NCBI RefSeq assembly: GCF_006345805.1
Contig: NC_043019.1
Span: 26,597,360 to 26,661,359, forward strand
Direction: 5' to 3'
Source of the DNA: Octopus sinensis
Lineage: Eukaryota
DNA length: 64,000 nucleotides
In this document: one piece after another, positions 1 through 13,603 of the stretch
Numbering within the stretch: the first letter of the stretch is position 1
Layout: each line of letters begins with the position of its first letter
Notes under the pieces: model-generated
What the model was told of the DNA's origin: nothing
What the model saw: the letters and a program-made list of their open reading frames with translations, nothing else
Databases searched by the model: none
Position numbers and translations under genes: made by a program

Positions 1-90
1 TCTACCAGTATACGAAGTTCAAAAGTGTTTAGTTAACTAGAAATTGTGTTGAAAACTGCCGTTCAAAAGGAAAAGATCCAAAAATTATTT

Positions 91-481
91 ACTTTTACTC
101 TTTTACTTGTTTCAGTCATTTGACTGCGGCCATGCTGGAGCACCGCCTTTAGTCGAGAAAATCGACCCTGGGACTTATTCTTTGTAAGCCCAGTACTTAT
201 TCTATCGGTCTCTTTTGCCGAACCGCTAAGTGACAGGGACGTAAACACACCAGCATCGATTGTCAAGCGATGCTAGGGGGACAAACACAAACATACACAT
301 ATATATACATATATACGACAGGCTTCTTTCAGTTTCCGTCTGCCAAATCCACTCACAAGGCATTGGTCGGCCCGGGGCTATAGCAGAAGACACTTGCCCA
401 AGGTGCCATGTAGTGGGACTGAACCCGGAACCATCTGGTTGGTTAGCAAGCTACTTACCACACAGCCACTCCTGCGCCTAT
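91..481 (-). mobile_element. tRNA-headed SINE family A (other copies ~7580-7803 -, 8609-9004 +, 33563-33998 -, 35250-35790 +, 56838-57258 +, 59517-59957 +, 60546-60952 -, 62757-62905 +)
   Basis: Head taggcgcaggagtggctgtgtggtaag...ggttcagtccc, internal (TA/CA)n, tail (gagtaaaa)n. Confidence 0.85.
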
Positions 482-1423
482 GTAAAATTTTTTATTTATT
501 TTGTTTTATTTACTTTGCTAGGGCGTCGTTGTAGGATCAACTAGTCACGACTAGCTTGCGCGAGTACGCGCACCGGGACCACTCTTCTTAAGTCGTACCA
601 GTCTTTATCTTCCTATGCATGCATGTATACATGCAGGCAGACAGGTAGAAAGATGTTTGGCGGAACAACTGGGATAAATACGACAAAATGGACATATATA
701 GTTATTTTTAATCAGCAGAAAATACGAAACTGACTCAAGTGAGAGTTTCATACATAGCAATCATAGTGACTTTCTGCCGATTAAAAGTGCGAGCGTGTAA
801 TTGTGTGTAAATTAAGCAGAAAATGGAGATTTGATCCCTGATAAACTCATGTTTATCTTTGCCATTGCCTGTAACCTATGAGCATAATATGCTTGCATAT
901 TTATGTCCAGGGTTAACACGGGTAATTATACTGGTAGTAAAACGGATATTTTTATCCCTCAGACAGTTATTCCAACCTCTGACTCTACTAACCTTTATGC
1001 AGACGATTTGATTTCGTTATTTTTCCTTCTCTTTGCCTGTGTGTTACAAATATTGTTATCTGTGGAGTAATATCTGTAGTAAAAAGGAATGAGCTGTCTT
1101 TGGCTGCTATTTCTAAATTTTCGATACGTGGTTTGCTTAATCCTAATTATATTTATAAATATAAAAAAACTTTTTGTAAAAGTTTCTACCGATAATGGTT
1201 CTCTTTCCATACCGGAACTACTTGGTAAAATTTGTTAATTTTAAATTAATAATTATTTACCCTTATATATATATATATATATATATATATCTTCCGCAGA
1301 GGTCGACTTCGCCTTTCATCCTTTCGAGGTCGATGAATTAAGTACCAGTTACGTACTGGAGTCGACCTAATCGACTGGCCCCCTCCCCCAAAATTTCGGG
1401 CCTTGTGCTTAGAGTAGAAAAGA

Positions 1424-1496
<73 letters not shown>

Positions 1497-1840
1497 ATGA
1501 TATCTGAAATAAGCAGATGTTCTTATGTTCTTCAAGAGCTTGGATTTTAACTCAGTCAGGCAGACGGATGGGTGGATGTGAGTAATATAACCTATATTTG
1601 ATTCTGAGTTCAAATCTCAACTCGATAGATTTCATTCCTCCCAAGGTCGTCGAAATATCAGAAACAGAACCAGAATCAATAAAATCGACGAAAACTCTTA
1701 AACGTGTTCTTCTAACATTAAAAGAACAACGAATTAATATCAAGTATATTTATCTAAAATGACTAAATTTCTTTTCTCTTTCGTGTTCGTTTTGCTTAGA
1801 TCCCAATAAATAACTGCTTGGAAAATAAACCTAGACTTAT

Positions 1841-2374
1841 TTAATTTGGAATGAGTTTTGGTAATTTGTATGAGAGAAATTGATGCTGAGCAATAAATTT
1901 TAGTATCCGACTTACTTCAACCACAGATTGGCCATTGTCATTCAAGACAGGAATCACTTGCAAGCGGCTTTCCAGAAATTTCAGTTGGATATTCTGTAGA
2001 GATTCAGTGGCAAAAGAATCGAATACAGAATATCTTAAGATCACGAAACACCTTTGATGAAGTCTGGAAAATTTTTCCATTCTGTTTAGTAGTTCTATGC
2101 TTGTATCAGAATCATTGTGTTCCCCCTGTTCGTTGGTGGAAGCTAATCTGGTCGACTGAGGTGGACATGTTTGTCGTCTGCTGTTAAAGACATCGTAGAC
2201 GATCAAGAAAGCAACGGACGAAGAAGGAAAGATGCAGCTGTCTTTTATCACTGTACTGCTGAAGCGAATGAAGTAATTAGAGTCGCGTAACAGTGCAATA
2301 ATGTCACTGTTCGACAATGATTGATGAATAATAACAGGTTTCGCTTGTTCTCTTCGATCTTCTTGATGATTCAT
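1841..2374 (-). CDS. SPO16: SPO16/C1orf146 (SCRE)-like protein, ERCC4/XPF-like fold; likely start MNHQEDRREQ at 2374 within ORF 1841-2467
   Basis: From memory of human C1orf146, these blocks match: PVIIHQSLSNSDI, FIRFSSTVIKDSCIFPSSSVAFLIV, LLNRMEKFSRLHQRCFVIL, IQLKFLESRLQVIPVLN, ILKFIAQ. Not confirmed by a search. Confidence 0.7.
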   Translation of the reverse strand: MNHQEDRREQAKPVIIHQSLSNSDIIALLRDSNYFIRFSSTVIKDSCIFPSSSVAFLIVYDVFNSRRQTCPPQSTRLASTNEQGEHNDSDTSIELLNRMEKFSRLHQRCFVILRYSVFDSFATESLQNIQLKFLESRLQVIPVLNDNGQSVVEVSRILKFIAQHQFLSYKLPKLIPN

Positions 2375-5300
2375 GTCGTTAACGGAAAACCGTGTTTGTC
2401 CATTCTTCAGACGGAAAGTTATTTTTCTGGAAAATGTGTAACTTTTTTTCTTCTTGGAATGCAACAATTATCTAATTTAGTTGTGAATCATCTTATTTCA
2501 TCATGACCGAATAAAAACTTTATGAATAAAATATTAACAATTTCCGGTACTTCTCGTAGTCAGGCAATGACATTTACACATAATGGAGGTAATACGCAAT
2601 ATTTATATAAAATATAGATACTTTATCCCACTTATAAGTAAATAATTATATTTCTAAGCATTATGTTTGATAATTATAACAAATATGAAAACATTTTAGC
2701 TTACATGGAAAATTACCATTTCGTAATTTTCCACGTAAATATACGGAAATGCGAAATGATCAGAGCTTAAAAACCGAAAGCAGAGATGAAGATTATCTTC
2801 ATTGATTTGTGTTAATATTTCTTAAATTTCACGAATTCAGTCTTCATCTGTTTCATACGTCTTTTATAAAACGTTTCTAATGTTAAAGCAGCTGGACATG
2901 GTGATATTTCGGGGAAATATCCGTAGTCTGCTGTAGCGAACAGTTCTAAAGATTTTCTCTTAGTAAAGATCCCATTTCTTGTCTAGTTGTTACTTACATC
3001 CATGGTACGTTATCAAAGGCATTCCAGCCGTGACCATATAGTTTTAGTTTTTCAGCCAATCTATGTAAGACTATTTACTATACGATATGTCCCATTCATT
3101 AAGATTATAAGATGTGATATGACTGCTATTTCTAGCAAAGTGGGCATCATTGAATCGTCCTGTAGCCTTCTGACCAAGCAAACTTTTGATCAAAAATATT
3201 CCAGCTGTGACTACTTCTATCGACCAGCGTTATATCCCCCACCACTTTTTTAAAGACGTTAAATTGATATACAAGGGAGATTTGACCCCAACAAAAAGGT
3301 TAAAGTCTCGGTCAAACACCTAATATTTGAAGCAGACAGACATGGACAACCATTTTTGAGAATTGATCCGCATAAGTCATGGTTCATTACGCAAGCTTTA
3401 CAACTAATAAACGCTATTTCCTAGTGGAATTAAACGTGCCATTCAGAAAACCTCGCGGGCCGCATTTTAAGCCAGGTCAACCCAGACTTCAAATCAAAAG
3501 GGTTTCATCCACGACTGGTTATCTTTGAGGGAGATTTTGCTACTTGTTCTAGCAGGTCGAACCACTACTTTTTCAAGTGTGTACAATAAACTTGCGGAAT
3601 AACTCCCACATAAGTTGTAACTTTTTTTTTTTTTTTAAAATTTTTTCGAGATTTTCCTCATTTTTCTTGTACCCAACATTTCAAAACAACACAGGTGGGG
3701 GAATGAAACCCTTAAAACAAAAACAAAACAAAATAATAAGATCCAAGTTTTCAAACTTTTTACCCAACCCCACATCCATCATGACTTCCGAACGGCAGCC
3801 TCCACCGATTAAAAAAAAAGTTGAGGTAAAAAACATTCTGTGCCGTATGAATATGTCCTTCGTTTAAGAAACAGATTGGGTTTATTTACATTTGTGAAGA
3901 AAAAAAGATACCCTTCCCCCACCCCTAACCCTAACCCGAAAACAGATTGAAATGCAATAGATCGATACTAGGGTCATAATTACGGGTGACAATTTCATAT
4001 GACACTGCTAGAAAAAACTGCCGTTCAAACCGAAAAGATCCAAAATTTACGTTATTTTTGGTCCTGTTATAAAGATTTCACATTTTGGAACAAATGTCAT
4101 TTGCATTTTTGGAGGGAAAAAAGTTGGCATTCCTTCGATATAACTCGACAAACTCGACATTTGACGACATTTGACTTCGGGTATTTCTGTGACAGTTGCT
4201 GAAATGGGAGGAGAACACATGTGTTGTGGAATATAGATACAACGAAATTATGCCAGTAATGTCTCATTTTAAACTTGAAGAAAAAAAACCCTTGCATATT
4301 CGTTCTTACCTTGCTTCATGTGTGTATGATTCGTAAAATCCGCAAATTTCCAAGCAGAAAGCAGAATCGAAGTTTACAGAGACACAGACAAGAATAAGCA
4401 CGCACGCACGCGCACACACACACACACACGCACGCACGCGAGCACGCACACACCCAGCCACCCTCCCACATACACACACACACGCACACACACACACACA
4501 CACACGCATCCCACACACACCATTAGCTTTCTTCTCCTCCTCCCATTTCAGCAACTGTCACGGAAATACCCGAAGTCAAATGTTGAGTTTGTCGAATTAT
4601 AATCGAAGGAACGGCAAAAAATTTCGTACAGTCCCCATCTTCCTCATCTCCATCGTACTTTTCACGATTAAAATGATTTTTGGCGATCTTTCGTCTCTAG
4701 TAGACCTTTCCATCGATTTCCGTAAAAAATTTTTTTTTTTACATATGAGCTTGCGGGAACTTTTGAAGTAATATACATACATATACACATACACCGAGTA
4801 AAAAATTCCAGTTATCTCTTTCTTTTACACATTACTCTGTCTCTTCACACACACTAACAGAAGCACTTCACTTACACAACATACTGTCTGTCTCCCACAC
4901 CCCATCAAACACGCACACATGTACATCAATGCTTCACATGCACGGTAACTTCAAAAGAACTTCCCTCGTCATACAATCGCTTTCTCTTAGTCTCTTTCGC
5001 TCTCATTACTTCAAAAGTTCCCGCAAGCCCATATGTAAAAAAAAAAAAAATTTTTACGGAAATCGATGGAAAGGTCTACTAGAGACGAAAGATTGCCTGA
5101 TTTTTTTCTCTTTCTCTTGTCATTTTACAATGTTCCATACTCTGAAACACTTAACATACTCGTAATTTGCATTCATGAAAATGTTTTTTTTTCTTCAAAT
5201 TTCCTAACCTTTCTCTATTTCCATCAAATGATGACTATTCAATTGTTGAAAAAAAAAATTAATTCCGTTTTTTTTTTAAACATTTTTCGTTCTCACTATT

Positions 5301-6774
5301 AACCACATGTTTATTCATTTTTTTGTCACCCCTAAATTGCACCCCATCTTCCTCATCCTATAAAATCTTATTTCTCTATGCCCTGGAACCCCTATCTTGC
5401 CCGAAATATAAAAGTTTTATTAAACTTTCTGCATTGTCAAAAGCTTTCCATTTTCTCTCGTTTTTCGTTCACTTGAGTGTTTTTACAATAGCACACTGTC
5501 TGAGACGTCATTCTCCAAGAGGTTATGTCTGTAATAACACACTTGGAAAAAATTTTTCAGCGACTTCAAACATTTTCCGCCACTGAAAACTATTTTTGTT
5601 TTTTTTTAATTTCAAAAAATATCTACTAGAAGTCAATTGTGGCAGGTGCTCTTCTGAGAGGACGTCTGTTTCATTAGCAAGAAATCTGGCAAGACTTTCT
5701 TTTGAACCCCTTTTTATTTATTTTCTTTTCTGCACAAACCACCGTTTTCGGCTATGGAGAATACGAATCTGCAAAAAAATTGGCAAAAATCGGCATTTTG
5801 AAATTCCACCCCCACTTCCCTCATTTAAAACTTTTTTCAGAAATTTTTTTTCAAAATATGCAGAAAAATACGGAGATTATGATTCTGAAAAAAATATTGC
5901 CAAAAAGTTTTGGTAGTTACAGTTACAGTTAGGGTTAGGGTTTGGGTTCTAGGGTTAAGGTTAGGGCTTTAGGGTTTTAGGGTTACGGAAAAAAGTGCAC
6001 TTTGATGATTATATTTTACAGTAATTTACAATTTTGATGTATGATTAAAAATTTAAAGAAAACCGAAAATGGAGAAATATTGATGAACAACAATTGACTT
6101 ACATCAATTATTATTTATTAATTCAATATAAATAGACTGCATCCCATATTGAATTAATAGATAATAATTGATGTAAGTCAATTGTTGTTCATCAATATTT
6201 CTCCATTTTCAGTTTTCTTTAAATTTTGATTCTTGATAAACCCGTGTTTATCCTTGTCTTTACCTATAATTTATGAGCATAATATGCTTATGTGGAGACA
6301 TGGCCTAATGGTTAGAGCAGCCGATTCATGGTCAGGGGATTGCAGTTTCGAATCTCAGACCAGGCGATGTGTGTGTTTATGAGCAAAACACCTTCCGGCA
6401 GAAGGTAATGGTGAACTTCTGCTGACTCCTTCGCCACAACTTTATCTCACTCTTTCCTCCTGCATCTTGCAGCTCACCTGCAATGGACCGGCGTCCCGTC
6501 CAGGTGGGGAACCTATACGCCACGGAAACCGAGAAACTGGCCCTTATGAGCCAGGAATGGCTCAAGAAGGAACATAATATGTTTGCATATGTATGCCCAT
6601 GGTTAAACATAGGTAATATATCAGTAGTGTAATGGATACTTCTGTCCTTTAGATGGTTATTTTAACTTCTAACTCAGCTAACCTTTAATATATGATTAAA
6701 AAGAAATATATCACAAGTAAAAAAAAAAAAAATTAAGGAAATGAATAAATATCTTTTTGTTTTTGCTTTTTCAG

Positions 6775-6930
6775 AAATTTTGTCGCCACTGTCTTTCAGC
6801 CAAATTCGGCAGCAGAAGCTTTCCCTTGTTTTGATGATCCGACAATGAAGGCCATCTTTCAATTAACAATCGTTCGAAGAGCTGACCTTATATCTCTCTC
6901 CAACACTGAGAGAAGCCACTCAGAAGACAG
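6775..6930 (+). CDS. Aminopeptidase module 1 exon ([28 protein letters not shown]...)
   Basis: tttttcAG / GTaaat; 156 nt, phase 2-2; homologous to 39741-39899. Confidence 0.9.
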
Positions 6931-7593
6931 GTAAATGAATGATTATTAACGAACTTCTTAATTATCTCTGCTACATTCTCTTCTTTACCATTATTGTCAT
7001 TGTTCTTGTTGTAATGTCGGAGAAGTGAAATGGTGTGGAGAACTCTCAAACACATCACCATTTAATGTCCATGTTCCATGCTGGAATGGGTTGGATGGTT
7101 TGTCAGAATCCAATGGGTCCAAGAACTGCATTCTTCTCCAGTGTCTGCTTTGGCATCATTTCTATCACTAGATACCCTTCCTAACACCAACCAACATGTA
7201 CTGGGTACTTTTTTATGCAAGTTCTTCTATTTGAGGAGTGTGGTTATTCCACATTACTCTGTAAGGAGCATGGAGCATATTTCCCCCTGGATGGGATGCT
7301 AGTCCCTTGCCGGATTCCTCATTTTTGCCAGCTGAGTAGAGTGGAGCCATGTGAAATGAAATGCTTTGCTCAAGAACATAACGCATTGCCCAATCCAAGA
7401 ATCGAAACCACAATCTTATGATCATTAGTCCAAGACCCTAACCACTAAGCCATGCCCTCCAATTTTGAGGAGTGTAGTATACCTGGTTATATCAACTCCA
7501 ATACTTGATAGGTACTTACTTTATCCACCCTGGAAAAAGGAAAAGCAAAGTTGATCCCAGCAGGGTGGTGGTGGCAGTGGTGTATATACATAC

Positions 7594-7628
<35 letters not shown>

Positions 7629-9294
7629 CATATATATACGACGGGCTTCTTTTAGTTTCTGTCTACCAGATCCACTCACAAGGCTTTGGTCGGCCCGAGG
7701 CTATAGTAGAAAACACTTGCCCAAGGTGCCACACAGTGGGACTGAACCCAGAACCATGTGGTTGGTAAGCAAGCTACTTACCACACAGCCACTCCTGCAC
7801 CTAAGTTCTTTTACTAAATTCTTTGTTATATTTAAAGTTAACTGAAAAAAAAATACAGAGCATCTCAGCAGAAGTATGATAAGAAAAGGGTTAAAACGGG
7901 AGCTACAACAGAAAATAACAGTGCTGATACTTGAAATTAACTGCCAAGATTTCTTTTACTGTTTTTTTTTTTTTACAGGAATCACAGCATGGTGGCAGAT
8001 GTCTACAAGGAAACACCTAGAATGCCTACATATCTTGTAGCATTTGTAATTTGTGATTATAAATACGTTGAGCAAGAAACCAATAACGGTTTGAAAGTAA
8101 GTTTTGGTGATGAGACAGGATATTGTGGAATATTTTTGTCTCTACAATTCAACTATTTCACTTGCTAAGGAATATGTTTTTTTCTGCAATGTCAACCGTT
8201 TTGGTTGCTATAGAATACTTTTCCTGTATAATTTAACTGTGGAACTTTTAATTGCGGAAATTACATATGTCTTCTCGAAATTTCATTGTTCATAACTTCA
8301 CAAAACAATATTATATACCAATCGATCTTTTGTGTGGGGATGTCATGTTTGGAACTTCTTTTTATGTTGAAACATGTCAAGTTTATTGATGCTGGGTGAC
8401 TTGCAGAAAATACCAATTCTATTTTTTTTTTTTTTGGTAGATATTTAACGTCATTACTGGAATAACCATGAATTTACAGCTAAAGAGTTAAGGAACCTCA
8501 TTAAACCTGTGACCAAAGACATTCCATCCATGACCGAACTACTTTTTTTTCAGCTACATTAAATTCAGGGCCACATTATCCAATGTCCCCTGCTTTTATC
8601 TTCACCATTTTGCTTACCAACCACATGGTTCTGGGTTCAGTCCCACTGCATGGCACCTTGGGCAAGTGTCTTCTACTATAGCCTCGGGCCAACCAAAGCC
8701 TTGTGAGTGGATTTGGTAGACAGAAACTGAAAGAAACTCGTCGTATATATGTATATACATATATATATATATGTATGTATGTGTGTGTATATGTTTGTGT
8801 GTCTGTGTTTGTCTCCCCAACATCACTTGACAACCGATGCTGGTGTGTTTACGTCACCGTAACTTAGCGGTTCGGCAAAAGAGACCAATAGAATAAGTAC
8901 TAGGCTTACAGAGAATAAGTCCTGGGGTCGATTTGCTCGACTAAAGGTGGTGCTCCAGCATGGCCACAGTCAAATGACTGAAACAAGTAAAAGAGTAAAA
9001 GAGTATATCCACTCAAATTTTCTTTACCCTTAACTGCAGGAAGCAGTTTTATATACCAATCTATATCTTGTTCAAGAAAGTCATGCTTGGAACTAATTTC
9101 TGTTGAGATATGTCAAGTTTATTGAGGTAACATGGCTTGCAGGAAATAGCGATTCTATTTTTTGGTAGATATTTAACATCATTACTGGAATGCTCATGGA
9201 ATTTAATTCCAGAATTAAGAGGTTAACTATTTCAGTTGCCATGGAATATGTCTTTGCTACCTGGAACTACTTTGGTTGTTTATATGAATGACTA

Positions 9295-9353
<59 letters not shown>

Positions 9354-11611
9354 CATGGTTTATAATCATTCAAAAGAAAGTAAGAAAATGGAGATATAAT
9401 ATTTAATAAAAATTTATTATCTGCAAAAATCAAACATAGTCTCTTACAGCTGTTTCAATTAAGCCTAATAGATTAAATAACAATTATTAAATCATTATAT
9501 TAGGCAAAATCTCTTCAGAGGGGTAGAAAAGAGATTTACCATTAGGTTTTTAAGTGTTGTATTTTATAAATATGTATGTGCGTGTGTGTGTATGTGTGTG
9601 TGTGTGTGTGTGTGTACTAATGCTTATGTATTTATGTTTGCAGTTATGAAGGCGTGTGTATTAATTTGGGTCTATGAATGTGCATTAAAATGAGTGTTTA
9701 TGAAGGCATGTATGTGTGTATATGAATCCATGTGTGTGTTTGTATGTATGTGCGTGTGTGCGTGCGTGTGTGTGTGTGTGTGTATTTATAAACGAGTGTA
9801 TATCATATCTACTTATCTTTTTTTCAGATTCGTTTTTATTCCCCAAAACCAACAGAAGATCTGAAGGCATTCGCTAGTTTTACCAAGAAGTCTCTGGAAT
9901 TCTTCACTGATTACTTTGACATGAACTACACACTGCCAAAATTAGGTAAGAAAAAAAATAGGCTTCGTCTAGTGAGCTTGTTTCTTGTTAAACACGGGAG
10001 AGTTGCTTCATTACCTGTCTCTCTCACACCTTTTTTTTCCTTTCCAAATAATCTTCAAAATATCATTAGGTCACCACAGGAGCAATTCAGATTCTGTCAT
10101 CATGGACCATACCAATGTTTCAAGTTATTCTGGCAGACTTAATCTCTGTTTAAGACCTTGATTACAGCTATGTACTTACATGGCTTTTCGGCATGGATAT
10201 TAAACAAGAGACACTTGAAAAGAAGCTTGGTGCTATTTACATGAAAGTGCTTCATGAAGTTCTCAATCTTTCTTGGCAGCAACATTTTTCCAAGCAGCAA
10301 CAGTATGGTGATCTTCCTATCATCAACTCAGTAATCAGAAAAAGAAGAGCACCTTATAATAATAATAATAAAACATTGTGTACAGTGCTCAGGTGCACTA
10401 CAACTCATCTAAAGTGTATGTATAGTACATAGGGTAATGTACAAGCATCAGGAAAAGAACAGTGCATGAGTCATGACATGCATATATGTGTATGAGTATG
10501 GAAGGGGGACAATCAGGTGTAGTTTCGGCGGATTTCGGAAAGCATGAGGGCCTTAAAGGATGCAGTGTCATGGCAGTCAACAACTGACGCAGGCAGTTTG
10601 TTATGCAGGACATTTCACCACAACATTCTCTCTCTCTTTCTTCCTGTTTCTGTTGTACCTGTATTTCAAAGGGGCCAGCCTTGTCACACACTGTGTCACA
10701 CTGAATCTGCCCGAGAACTACATTAAGGGTACACGTAACTGTGAAGTGCTCAGCCACTTACACGTTAAATTCACAAGCAGACTGTTCCATTGATTGGATC
10801 AACTGGAACCCTCATTATTGTAACTGACGGAGTGCCACAATGCTGTATCTAGGTCAATTTAATCAACTATGACCCCAACTTGAAAATTTAAGGCCTTATT
10901 TCAGTGCTAAAAACCATTATCTAAGGGATGCGAGAAAAGAGATGATAGGTGGGGGTGTGATGAGAGCCATGTCGTCTTTTAACCCTTTCAATACCAACCC
11001 GGCTGAAAACATCTCTAGATCTGTAGTACAAATGCCTTGTTTTCAAAAGTTCTGAATTAAAATCTTCCACCAAACCTTAGTCATATTTTATGTTCATAAC
11101 ACTAGCTGAATGATAACTAAGTTATTTTACTAAATTCTTTGTTATATTTAAAATTAATTGAAAGAAACACAGAACATCTGTTAACGAAAGGGTTAATTAG
11201 ATTTCTTTTAATTGACAAACTAATACATTTTCTCTCTGCTTATTTATTTATTTGTATCTTTGTCTATTTGTTCGTTTGTAATCTTTCAAACTTTTGATTT
11301 ATTTGACAGATGTTGTGCCTGTGAACATGTACCCTTTAGCTGGTATGGAAAACTGGGGTCTCATTCTGTTGTCCGAATCTTTTCTGCCTGATGTGAAGGA
11401 TGTTAATGGAAGGGTATTGGAGGTTGGCATCAGTGATACTAGTGGAACCAGTAGCATCATGCCATTAGAACAACTTACAAAGAGTTTGAAACTGGTCTTG
11501 CATGAAGTCATTCATCAGGTTTGGACATCATGAATTGATTGATTTATTGATTGATTGACAGATAAATAGAGAGAAATATAGAGAGGAAGATAGATAGATA
11601 CATAAATAGAA

Positions 11612-11667
<56 letters not shown>

Positions 11668-11778
11668 TAGATAGATAAATAAAGAGAGCGAAAGATAAAT
11701 AGATAGGTAGAGAGAGAGAAAGATAGATAGATAGAGATAGAGAGAGAGAGAGAGAAAGAGAGAAAGAGAGAGAGAGAG

Positions 11779-11837
<59 letters not shown>

Positions 11838-11858
11838 TAGATAAATAGATAGATGGTT

Positions 11859-11893
<35 letters not shown>

Positions 11894-13566
11894 TAGATAG
11901 ATAGACAAACAGACAGACAGACAGATAACTTGCAAGCAGCTTGGTGATCTAACTGGTTCTGGCACCTTGTAAAAAGTACTGGTGTTAGTGCCACATAAAT
12001 AGCACCCTGTATACTCTGTGAAGTGGTTGGCATGAGGAAGAACATCCAGCCAATTCAGACAAGCAGAGCTTGGCATGGTTCTCTCGGCTTTGCCAGCTCT
12101 TGTCAAACCATCTGATCTATGCTAGCACGGAAATTGATGATGATAAAGATGAGAATATTGTGGAGAAAAGCCTGACATTCATGATGTTGGTGAGCATCCA
12201 AAACATGTCGTGAAAGTGGAACCAGTAAGATAATTTCTTAGTAGTTGTTTGATGTAGACACCAATCTGCTCTGTCAATGTAGCCAACCAAATGTGGTTAA
12301 GAAGTTCATTTCATAATCAGATGGTTTCAGGTTCAATCCCTGTATGCAACTCTTTGAGTTTTAATGTCTTCAATTATGGCCACAATTTTACCTTGTGTAT
12401 AAAGTTTGTTCAACCCAGGTGCAACATTCATTGAGTAGAACAGGATTTGAACTCTGATAATTAATTAATTAATTTCCCCAAGTTTTTGTTTATTTTTGTT
12501 TTTGCTGCTTTTACAGTGGATTGGTAATGTGGTGACCCCCAATAACTGGAAGAACAACTGGTTAATTGAAGGATTGACTGAGTACCTCACCTTGCGTTAT
12601 GTCTACAAGCTTGACGACCGTTTCTTAAAGGTATTCCACACTTTATTCTACTTGAGTCTTTATATAGGGAGATGGGTGTCTTCAGATGAATTTGTTGTGT
12701 TGAGGACAGCTGAGAGAATAAACTATTGGTCAGCTGCCTCATATTTTTCATGAGATCAAATCTGTTGGCAGCATTTCCTTCTGTTCCTGGCCAGAACAGC
12801 CTTGACTTAGTTAGCTGTGTGCATAATGTAATACTTATCATCATCGTCGTGGTTGTGGTCATCGTAGTCATCGTAGTCGTCATCGTTGTCATCGTTGTCG
12901 TCATCGTCATCATCATCATCATCATCATCATAATAATAATAATGATAATAATAATAATAAATGCCCTGATGCGGTACCAGACAGTGGCTCTCATGGCTTC
13001 TCATCTTAACTGATTGGAAGTGTTATCATGTACATAATTTTGTCTTGGTATAATATTGAGCAAATATTCTGCTCCATACCACAGATTTGCTTGTCAGTTG
13101 TTTGATCTTAACCAGACGAGCATGTCCCTTTATGGCTGACGATATGTGCATCTCTGATCATGAGCAGAAGTAGTGGGGGAGCATCATAGCCATGTGTTGA
13201 GAGGGATTCTTTGGGGTTTGAATAATTCACCTCTGGAGAAATGGGTGTTTCGTTCAACATTCTTAAACAACCCTTATTCAGGGACCTTTTGGACAGGATG
13301 GGTTACTCAACTAGAAGAAAATTCTAACTGGGCCCCACCTGCAAGGTCATGTGATGTTTATCTTGATATTTTGCTGTAAGAACAGCCATTTTGGGGGAGG
13401 GGATGAGTTGATTACATTGACTCCAATATTTCACTGGTACTTAATTTATTGACTCCGAAAGGATGAAAGGCAAAGGTGACCTCAGCAGAATTCGAACTCA
13501 GAACAGTGGCTGACGAAATACCGCAAAGCATTTTGCCCAGCATGCTAATGATTCTGCCAGCTTGCC

Positions 13567-13603
<37 letters not shown>

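Noticed and set aside
2987-3253. 88-aa + strand ORF and FRGNIRS at ~2907 as the candidate missing module-1 N-terminal exon
   Set aside because: No RLP/PxxY or GLY motifs, early stops and no compatible phase-2 donor.
8345-9200. ~130-bp diverged direct duplication flanking a SINE
   Set aside because: Too long and too diverged for a target-site duplication; non-coding and probably an old local duplication.
12587-13013. ORFs with poly-I/M/T/D runs
   Set aside because: Trinucleotide repeats within a LINE-derived segment.
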